DNA from: Eledone cirrhosa
Taxonomy: Eukaryota
Length of the DNA stretch: 64,000 bases
Assembly: GCA_964016885.1 (NCBI GenBank)
Contig: OZ024742.1
Location: forward strand, 197,718,001-197,782,000
Direction of reading: 5' to 3'
Position 1 is the first letter of the stretch, and each line of letters opens with the position of its first letter. The notes below the pieces were generated by a model, which did no database searches, had not been told where the DNA came from, and was given only the letters and a program-made list of their open reading frames with translations. Shown here in pieces: positions 53,602-64,000 of the stretch. Position numbers and translations under genes: made by a program.

Positions 53602-54226
53602 CACATACATACATAGATACATACATACATGGTGGCTGCCAACTCGTTTTCGAGTACGGTCACTACTTTATATCCATGTAGGAGAACCCCTACCGATGCG
53701 CTGAACGAGTGTGACTTTTTAGTCCAGCCAGCGACTTGAAAACTCTGGTACAAACACTACACTTGTGACAATTATTGACACATAGTGCCATGTGACGACA
53801 AGTGCAGAGAGATCTCCATATATAAAGCAATGCCTGTGCTGTGAAGCTTTTATAGTGAGCAAAGGCACTGCACAAAGCCAGTCCCACTCTCTTAACCAAG
53901 ATGATATTTACCAAAAAGAAGAACAAGTCAACATCATTGGATACCATCAGAGTTGCAGGTGTTATATCAGAGTTTTCCTTCTCCTAGAATTCTGCCTTGA
54001 CAAAGGCTAAGGGGTCATCTCTCCCGGTGATTTTGGATGGCCATTGACTCTTAAGAGCTCCTTTGCCCTTTGACAGGTTTTGTTTTTAGTCCTGCAGGAT
54101 GTCCAAAGTCACCCTCCTCACCAAGAAACCTTGGTGGGGTTGCCAGTTTAGTCGCCAACGACCCGACCATGAGAAAGGTTATACTGGGATACATGTTACC
54201 AGTAGCACCAACTGGTGACCTGACAT
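53602..54226 (-). mobile_element. Non-autonomous RTE-like element of about 625 bp (5' UTR, C2H2 zinc-finger remnant, (ATGT)n tail)
   Basis: The 5' part matches 4057-4394. It ends with CSVCTRVFKSLAGLKSHTRSAHR*, a short UTR and an atgtatgt tail. Confidence 0.7.
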
Positions 54227-55660
54227 AATACATACATACAGGCATGGATGTGTGGTTAAGGGGTTTGCTTTTCAACCATATAGTTCTGGGTTCAATCGTA
54301 TACCATAGCACATTGACCATGTACCATTTACTACAGCCTTTGGTTAACCAATGCCTTGTGAATGGAATTTGGTAGTTCAGTAATTGAGGTATATATGAAG
54401 ACATATATGATATGGTTATGTACATATATGATATGGTTATAAACATAAATGAGTCTAACAAAGAATATTTTAAGCTGTGATCATGTCACAGCTACCTTAG
54501 TAGCAACATGAGAATGTCAGTCACAAGTTTTCTGGATTATTATCCATCATCTGTGATGTTTACTTGGTAGTGAGACAAGACTAAGCTACAGCTTATATGC
54601 CTTTTTTTTTCATATGAAACATCAGCTGTTCATTGGTATTATAGTACAAATAAAACTTGGAAATAATACTTCATCTGACACTAACAGTTCTCTAAATACA
54701 CCACCTTAACAATAATAATTTATATTATTTGACATAAATGCATGCAGAGGACATGCATACAAACATATATTTTTACATATATATAGATAAACAGGTGGAC
54801 ATGCATACATAGACAGACAGTTGATACGGAAGATTAATATTTTATGTCCACTGTTAGTGGACATAAGTGACTATGTCCTACACCAGTGGTTTTCAACCTT
54901 TTCACTACCTATGACCCCATTTTATTTTAATGAATTTAACCACAGAAACCCCTTCCTTCCATCTACAATTACTCCATCTTCCCACTTCCCAGATTAGTAT
55001 ATGTTGGAAATCATCATTATTGTGATTAGCCCTATTTCATCATCATTGATCACTTGCAGTAGCTGACAGCCCACAATCCTCCAGCACCCGATGCAGCTTT
55101 CACAATCAGCTGTGGTCCCATAGTTGGGTGATTGGTCTTGGCTATTGCTGAAACTTAATCCCTAGACAGAATTTGCCCTCAGAATGCCAAATGCCAGAAC
55201 AGATACCCCAACGCATTTAACCCAATACTCTGGATAATTCTGCCAATCCACAGCCATCATGGACTGGTATTTTATTTTATTGACCTCAAATTGATGAAAG
55301 GCCAATACAACTTTGCCAGGATTTGAACTCAGGATGTAGAAAGCCGGATCAAACAGCATAAGATATTCTAACTGATTCTCTACCGACTCTGCTATTTTGC
55401 TGCCTAAAAAGAATAACAACCAAAAGAGGTATATTTTTATATTTCAAGTGTGTAAAACACTTGAAATTTTGAACTTAGCTCACAGACACAAGTAATACCT
55501 TTCAGTACACCCAGGGGCCTCTGAAAGGATTTTAGTGAAGCATAACTCCAGTACTGACTATTGAAGTCTAGTACTTATTTTTTATTTATTTCTTTTTGTC
55601 AAACCATTCAGTTATGGGATACACTCATGGGCATACACACACGTGTGTGTATGTGTAAGA

Positions 55661-55715
<55 letters not shown>

Positions 55716-55726
55716 TATATATATAT

Positions 55727-56476
55727 ACAAGAGATGTAGCGGGATAGCAGGCAAACTAACAGGTAGGGAGAAATATGTATGCAGTAGATGTACAGGGAAA
55801 TTAGACAGTAGAAGTCGCACTGATAGACACATTTTTCAAATGCGAGAGGGCGCTATAGAAGTGGTGGATAGCTTCCGGTACCTAGGAGATCAGATTAGCA
55901 GGGAGGAGGGTGTTCCGAGGCCATAGTATCTAGAATAAGGACGGGTTGGAAGAAGTTTAGGGAGCTGCTTCCTCTGTTGACGAAGAAGGGTTTCTCCCTG
56001 CGTACGAAAGGCCGGTTGTATGATGCCTGTGTGAGGAGCGCGATGCTGCATGGTAGTGAGACATGGGCAGCTACCGCAGAAGATATGCGACGGCTGGAGA
56101 GAAATGAGGCAAGCATGCTCCGTTGGATGTGCAGTGTAAATGTGCGTGAACGACCCAGCATAAATGTGTTGAGAGAGAAACTGTGTCTGAGAGGGATAGA
56201 ATGTAGTGTACGGGAGAGGAGACTGAGGTGGTACGGACATGTGATGCGCATGGAGGATGACCGATGGGTGAAGAAGTGCCAGGAAATGCCAGTTGAAGGA
56301 AGACGTGGTAGAGGTAGACCACGAAAAACATGGGCGGAGGTGGTGAGAACAGACCTCAGATCATTGAAGCTCACGGTGGAGATGACGAGGGACCGTGACG
56401 AGTGGAGAGATGCTGTGCTGAATAAGACCCGTCCCACCCTTGCAAGCAGGGAAAAGCGGACGTAAAATGATGATGA
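55727..56476 (+). mobile_element. RTE LINE 3' fragment inserted in (TA)n
   Basis: [21 protein letters not shown]...IEVVDSFRYLG, then LHGSETWA...RLRWYGHV..GRPRKTW. The tail reads gcggacgtaaaatgatgatgat. Confidence 0.92.
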
Positions 56477-57624
56477 TACACACAAAATGTCAAGCATAAA
56501 ACTAATAATATATTTCTTCATTATACTGTGTCATTTGCTTTGTTATTTCTGTTTGCCTTTTGCATATACACACACACACACATCATTATTTAACATTCAC
56601 TTTCCCCGCTAGCAAGGGTTAGATGGATCTTCACAGACTGAGTTTGTACTGAAGCAAGGCCACTGACCTCCCAGACAATGTTTCCATTGGTCTTTCCAAT
56701 TGCTAATACTAATTGTTGGTCACAAATCCAGGCAGAAGTAGCAATGTGAAATAAAGTGTCTTGCTCAAGGACATAGCACATTGAAATCAAAACCTCATGA
56801 TTGTGAATGCAATTCTCTAACCACTCGGCCACATGCTTTCACAATATATATATATATACAAATGATGAATCAAAACATATCAAATATGTTTAGAATTTTG
56901 TGTTTCTCGATAAATAAGCTCATATATAAACATATATCTTTTAATTTGGTTTTATATATATATATATATATATATCCATGTGCAAACATGTTATCCATGT
57001 GCAACCATGCAGTATTCTTCTCCCCATATTTTTCACATATATATATATATATAAATAACGAGCATCTACACTTTCCGTTTACCATATTCCTTTCACAAAG
57101 CATTAATCGACCTGAGGCTATGGTAGATGACACTTCCCCAGGGTGTTACATATTGGGATTGAACATGGAACTGTATGGATATGAAGCAAACTCCTTAACC
57201 ATACAGCCATGTCTGTGTCTATGAACAGTTTCAACTGGAGGAGTGGGTGAGGAAGAGGAACAGTTATATTACAGACTTTGCTACATAACACATGACAGGT
57301 AGGAGAGCTTCTGAAGCCAAATAAAACATAGAAAGAAGACTGGAATGTTATTTAGATTAGGGCACACACCAGGGAAGAGGGGAAGGGAGTAACAAAGAAA
57401 TGAAGTTTGCATCCCTATTGTCACAGAAGTGGAGGGGAAGGAAGAATTGTTGATTAGGTTTGAGGGAAAAAATGGTGGAACCATCAGATAGCAGATTTAC
57501 AAAACAAACTGTTATCTTTTGTTCTGTAAGAATCCTTTGCAAAAATTACTTGAGATATGAAACACTACTGACAAAATTAATATGAAACATTATTATAATG
57601 ACAACAACAAAAATAATCATAATA

Positions 57625-58085
57625 ATAATGGTTTCTGATTTAGGCACAAGGCCAACAATTTTTGGAGGAGGGCAAGTCAATTGCATCGACGTCAGTGTAT
57701 TACTGGTACTTTATTTTATCAACCTCTAAGGATGGAAACTAAAGCTAAACTCGACGAGATTTGAACTCAGAATGTAAAGGGTCGTAACATTTTACTACTA
57801 CAACTAATAATAATAATAATAATGTTTCTAATTTTGACACAAGGCCAGCAATTACTCCAGTGCATTACTGGTGCTTTATTTTATCGACCCCGTAAGGATG
57901 AAAGGCAAAGCTAACCTCGGCAGATTTTGAACTCAGAACGTAAAGGGCCATAACTATGCTGCAAAGGATGGTGTCTGACGCTCTACCAATACTGCCAGCA
58001 CAAGGCCAGCAATTTGAAAGGAAAGGAAAAGTTGTTTAAATCGATCCCAATGCATAACTGGTGCTTTGTTTTATCGACCCCGTAT
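57625..58085 (-). mobile_element. Tandem SINE family A copies
   Basis: Three partial consensus copies separated by (taa)n. Confidence 0.8.
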
Positions 58086-58099
58086 AATAATAATATTAT

Positions 58100-61000
58100 C
58101 CCTTGTGGTCAAGAAATACCAGTTGGTGGGGTCTGACAGGGGAATGCCATGCCTCACCATTAAGAAAGGGTCTTTAACCTTGTTTGGCCACATCCTAGTG
58201 CTGGTATCCACAATAAAAACACTAGAAGTGGCACAACCTTAAAACTCCTAAAATACCACTTAAGAGTGAAAATGCCAAACAGTAATTCAAATAATAATGG
58301 TGTAAAGGGGACTGGAACCAATGTGGAAGATGTCTCACAAGGCAGGTGTCCCACAGTACAGCAAGGTGGGCCTGGTCATAGTACAACTACTGCTAATCAT
58401 GAACAGAAGCTAGAGTGGAGTAAACCACCACCACACAGTGTTATTACTGAAGCAATCCAGTTGACGATAATGGTGCCCCAGTGAGAGATTACCGACAGAA
58501 AATGATCAATGAACAGAAAGCAAGAGGAATATCTGACACTACAGAACAGAGAATTTGTGACCAGGCAAAGGCAATCAGAAAAAAAACCCGGATGGTTTTT
58601 CAGAAGTAGAACTTAAAGCAATCAAATGAAAAGTAGCTGCTAAATATATACAAGACAATGTTGAAGAGGTTGAAGTGCAAGAAAGTGAACAAAGTGTTGC
58701 TGAAGTGGGGGTAACAGTGCCTGATGAAGCTAAAGAAGAAAGAGTTGGAAATGTGAATGAGTGGAGTCTTTTTTGATTGCAGAATGCTGACATAAAAGAT
58801 GTGATGACTGCAGATGATCAAAATATCTTAAGGCAGATTATTATAATTGATAAATACCCACCAGGAAGATCTTATGTGTGGTTTCAAAAAACTGACCTGT
58901 GGAAGTTGGACCAACAAACAAAGAGAGTAGATAAATTGATAAAATATGGTGGAACAAACAACATAACAGAAACCAGCTTGCTTATCAAAGGAGCAAATAG
59001 AATTGTTGCAGAAAACATGAAAATGAAGATTCAAATAAAAACAGGACCTGGAAAAGATAAAAACCAGAAAAGATCCATGATGGAAAAGAAAATTTCCTGG
59101 AGACTTGTTGTTGGTGTTGCAGTATTAGATAGGAAGAAGCTGAGAATATCAATGAGATAAATTCAAGAGGAAATATAGTGTCAACAAAAAAGGTCTGAGT
59201 GTTGTAAAAGAAAAACAGAAACAGTTTATTTTGGCAATGAGAGGGAAAATGAAGAGATATGATCAAAGGATAAAGCAGAGGATCAAACAGATAAAACAGA
59301 CTGTTTGAAGTTGATCAGAAAAGGTTTTATCAGAAGATGGGAAAACAAGCAATGAAAGAGCTATATTGAATATGAAAGAGAGCCAGGCATTCTGGAGTGA
59401 GACATGGAGTAAGGAAAAGGTGCAGAGTGCTAATGCAAAATGGCTGAGAAATTTAAAAGAATCTTGTCCACAAAAGGAAAAAATTTGAATCCCTCAAGAA
59501 AGTGTCCGACAGATAAGCAGAAAGATTAATAATTGGAAAACAGCTAGACTTGATGGGGTCTCAGAGTGCAGGTTAAAGTTGATGTGGTGTCATAAAATTT
59601 ATGGAGAACAACTTGATACAACTCAAGTGGTCTTATGTCTCAAAGATGCTTCCAAAAGGAATGATGAAGATAACTATCAACCAAGATGCCTCCCACTTAG
59701 GTAGAAACTGTTCTCAGGCTGATGAAATGGACACTTTCTTAAGTGAGAATGAAAACTTCCTAAAAGAAGCTGTAGATGAAAGTGTTGTGGGATCAAGGAT
59801 CAGCTGCTCATTGTTGGAATGGTGATGAAAGATTGTAGACAAAGAAAGGCCAATTTAGGAATGGTACAGATTGATTACAGAAAGACATATATGATACTCC
59901 ATTTGTGAATCAATGAGTGTCTGGATATGTTTGTAATTGCAAAGAATACTGAGTTTTCTGAGAAAAAGCATGAAAAGATGGAAAACCGATCTCATGTCAT
60001 ATGGACAGAGCCTACGGGCACCGTGGATCAAGAAAGGAATTTTTCAAGGAGACAGTTTGTTTCCTTTGCTGTTTGTATTGTGTATAATTCCTCAACATTG
60101 TTTCTTAGAAAAATGAAAGCTGGGTATGAATTTAAAGCTGATCAACCATTAATTATTTATGGATGATCTTCAGCTGTATGGTAAAGTTCATTGCTTCAGT
60201 GCTGATATCAGAATGGAATTTGGAATTTAAAAAAAGCATGGAATATCAGACTTGGAAGTTACAGAATTGCCTTCAGGAGAAACATAAAGCAAATAGAAGA
60301 GAATGAGTAGAAATATTTGGCATAGTCGAAATAGGTGAGTTTATGGAGATAGAAATGAAAAAGGTTTTAAACAAAGAGTATGTTCAAAGATTAAGGCTGA
60401 TGTTGTGATCCAAACTGAATGAAAGGAACAAGTTTCAAGCAATTAATACTTGGGTGAGTGGATTATTGAAGTATGATGCTGGTGTTCTTAACTGGTAGAG
60501 GGACGTATTTGAATTGCTGGACAGCAGGATGAGAAACGCTCCTCACAGTACATGGTGCATTTCATCAAAACAATGTTGATAGACTGTATTTATGAAGACA
60601 AAAAGGTGGAAGAGGACTGATAAGCTGTGAAGGCTGTGTGAGCTCAGAGGAAACCAGTCATGGATGGTACATAAGGATTGTAACTGAACCACTCTTGATT
60701 GAGGTTAAAAAATCTGATAGAGATGGTATTTATGAGTGTGGAAAAGGAGGAATTCAAAAGAAGGGGGAGTGAGGAACAGGAAAGTAGATGGAAAGAAAAG
60801 GAAATACATAGTCGATTTTCAAGAGATGGTGGTAGAAAAACCAATGTAAATGGGAGGTGGAAGTGGCTGATAAAGAGTGACATGAAATCAGAAACTAAAG
60901 CATTGATTTGTGCAATGCAAGAGCAATCACTCAGGACAAGTCATGTGAAGTGTAAAATAGATCATATGACTGATAGCAATAAGTACAGGATGTGTGGTGA

Positions 61001-61590
61001 AAAGGGAGAATAGTGCAGCATATTGTTAGTTAGTGCACATAGTTGGTGTAGACAGTATATAAAAGGTAACATGACAATGTAATAAAAATTATAACAGTGG
61101 GATCTATGTAGCAAGTACAGAAGGTGTGACTGAAAATAACAAATACAAAATCCTATAGGATGTCATGATTCAATGTGACCATGAAGTTGTTCACAGGAAA
61201 CCAGACACTGTGGCAATAAACCTGGAAGAAAGAACCTGTATAATTATACATATTGAATGTCCTCAAGACAACAAAGTGGCCAAGAAAGAAGAAGAAAAGC
61301 TAGAACACTGACAACTTAAAATGGAAATTATACAAGTTGTGGAAGTTATTCCTATTGTTGTACATACTCTGGGGAGTAATTACTGACGTTTTTAAGTGGA
61401 TAGAGAAGATTGGAGTTCATTGGAAGATTAAACACCTACAAAAAAATGGACTTCTTGGGACTGTTCAAATACTACGCAGAGTCCCCAAACTATGAATGAG
61501 ATGGTACCACCTCAGTCCATTGGTTGTGGACAGTTGGTACTTCCTTTATATCTCTGGCAAATGTGGTGTTACTGATGATGGTGATGACGA
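58100..61590 (+). mobile_element. Highly decayed R4/Dong-like (restriction-like endonuclease) non-LTR retrotransposon
   Basis: Fragments read GIFQGDSL and MDDL (RT), then ETKALICAMQEQSLRT..YRMCGEKGE (CCHC), then IQCDHEV.HRKPD and KEEEKL (PD..D/E RLE). It begins after a (TAA)n tract and has many stops and frameshifts. Confidence 0.8.
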
Positions 61591-62539
61591 TGCACACATA
61601 CTACAAAAAGACAAAGAAGCAGTAGCAAAGGGGTGACATGAATGGGTTAGACTACATCCTCTATGCCTGCAGGTAAATCTTCTCCAGTAACATGTCACCA
61701 ATCCGTGTGTGTGTGTGTAAAAAGAATTATAAAAACCAGCTGTTGGCTGTTTTTCTTGTGATTTTTAAACATTCAAAAATGCCATTAACATCTGAATAAT
61801 AATAATGATGATGATGATGATAATAATAATATCACACAAAAGGCATTTAATTAACATCATTTTGTTTTTTAAACATCTAATTTCTTCTAGACTGAACTTT
61901 TGCATATAAAAATGTTTGTAAATCATTAACTTCAGTAACTAATTGCATAAATACATATTATAATCAAATATCTGGTGGAATAAAAAAATAATAATAATAA
62001 TAATTTGAAAATTTAAGTGTCTTCTACTATAACTTTGGTTTGACCACTACCTTGTGAGTGGAATTTGGTCAATAGAAACAGCGATAGTGTGTGCATTGTG
62101 TGTGTATATCTGTATCTATGTTTTGTAACTTAAAGATACAACAAAACGAGATTGATAAAACACTAGATCTGAAAAAGTAAGTATAGGGTTCAATATCATT
62201 GACTAAATCAAGACAATGATCCAGCATGTTTGCAGTCTAATTACTGTAAAATATTATTTTCGAAAAATCTCATGAAATAAAACACAGATAATCATAATTA
62301 CATTGTCTGTCTGTCTACAATAATAAATGGCATTTAAAGTGTACAAAACAAACATTTTTTTTTTCTTTTTGCATTTTTCTGTGTGTGCGCGTGTGCTTAT
62401 ATGTCTGCGTGCATGTGTGTGTGTGTGTATACATGTGTATGTGTGCATGTGCCAATCACTGGTGTTTAAACTAATATTCTGTCTCATCTGTACATGACAT
62501 TCTGATCAAGATCAACACAATGTTATTATTATTATCATT

Positions 62540-63022
62540 AGGGTGGTGGATTGGCAGAATCGATAGAGCGTCAGACAGGCTAACAGCATATAGTTATGGC
62601 GCTTTACGTTCTGAGTTCTAATCATGCTGAAGTCAGCTTTGCCTTTCAACCTTTTGGGGTCGATAAAATAAAGTACCAGTAATGCACTGGTGTCAATTTA
62701 ATTGATTTTCCCCTCCCTCAAAATTATCTCATCCTTACAGGGTCAATAAAATAAAGTACCAGTAATGCACTAATCGAATTTCTCCTCCCACCCAAATTTG
62801 TTGGCCTTGTGCCTAAATCAGAAACCATTTGGATTGGCAGTATTGGTAGGGGCTCGGATGCCATGCTTTGACGCATAGAGTTATGGCCCTTGCCATTCTG
62901 AGTTCAAATCCCGTTGAGGTTAACTTTGCCTTTCATCCTTACGGGGTCGATAAAATAAAGTACCAGTAATACACTGGGTAATTGCTGGCCTTGTGCCTAT
63001 CGTAGAAACAATTATTATTATT
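62540..63022. mobile_element. SINE family A cluster
   Basis: Three consecutive plus-strand copies, one of them partial. Confidence 0.85.
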
Positions 63023-63324
63023 CTCAATATTATTACCATCATCAACAATAATCATCTTATTAAATAAATAATAAATTATCATCTACCAGTAATAAATTTG
63101 GAAATAAAGCTATATGTAGAAAAGATAAATTGTGCAATACACATAATGGAAAAGTGACTGAGCCATTCAAAAACAAAAAACAAAAACAAAAACGATGTTA
63201 AATCCACTTAATACATTTATCACAGTTCTTGATATCCACACTTTCAACCAGGTCATTGACATACTGATCAAAACGCTTAACACCAAGAAATATATGTTCA
63301 ATATAAAGTGAATTTAACAGTTTT

Positions 63325-63360
<36 letters not shown>

Positions 63361-63870
63361 TTTCTGTCTGTTGAATGGCTAAAGTGATTCTACCATGCTG
63401 TAATTGCTTTAGTTTCAATACACAGTATCAGATCAAGTCACTTGCAAGACAAGTGCAACTCTGAAATATTTTTAATTCTGCCGGAAAAAAAAAAACTAGT
63501 AAGCCAAAACCCTAAATCCTTGGTTCCCAACCTTTTCACTACCAAGTACCTTTTTGGTTAAATGAACTCTACCATGGAGCGCCTCCCACACCCTACTATA
63601 ATTACTCCCTCTCTTAGATTGTAATACAATGAGAGTAACAATTCAAAGGGAGAAATGTGTACACTTAAAAAAGACTATTGTCAGTTTTCTCTACATATAC
63701 ACAAATATGTCATAAGTTAAGGTTAAAAAAATATATTGATTTTGTAATGTGAAACAAGCAAAAAAGAATAGAAATTATTTCAAATAAGCTCATTATTTTT
63801 GTGAGCTGAAATAAAAATTATTATACAATTATATCTGAAATAAATATTAAGATTGTGAAACAAGTAACAG

Positions 63871-63906
<36 letters not shown>

Positions 63907-64000
63907 CACCATCAGTTTTACATTTGTTTACATTTGTTTTTCCATGCTGGCATGGGTTAGACAAGATTTTCAGGTTTAGAATTCTACAACCAGTTCTCCT

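Noticed and set aside
39130-64000. Upstream CRTC exons (CREB-binding domain, YLSPP..WRR)
   Set aside because: I searched by eye and found no convincing candidate. The tggagaag at about 61679-61686 (minus) lacks a GT donor. These exons are probably beyond the window, though a small exon could have been missed.

Overview
This is AT-rich, microsatellite-dense eukaryotic (animal) genomic DNA. Its repeat families suggest a coleoid cephalopod such as octopus, which is an inference. The only host gene I can support is a CRTC/TORC (CREB-regulated transcription coactivator) orthologue on the minus strand. I reconstructed six internal coding exons with canonical AG/GT sites and mutually compatible phases: 39028-38937, 36095-36034, 34877-34834, 28092-27783, 20060-19506 and 7867-7664. 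The N-terminal CREB-binding and C-terminal transactivation exons were not found and probably lie outside the window. The introns are filled with RTE, CR1-group and R4/Dong-like LINEs, at least two tRNA-derived SINE families, TTAA-flanked piggyBac-like MITEs, Penelope-like relics and minisatellites. Four observations stand out. (1) A near-complete CR1-group LINE has an AUG-less ORF2 that opens in the -1 frame just before an in-frame U_UUU_UUA_GG slippery heptamer, a candidate retrovirus-style programmed frameshift in a LINE. (2) A 1.4-kb fold-back has a loop of about 28 copies of a 28-bp unit and lies 130 nt from a CRTC exon; more exon-proximal hairpins occur elsewhere. (3) A short non-autonomous RTE-like element has an HDV-ribozyme-like 5' fold and a C2H2 finger remnant. 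(4) A symmetric 185-codon Gly/Gln/His exon sits inside CRTC.
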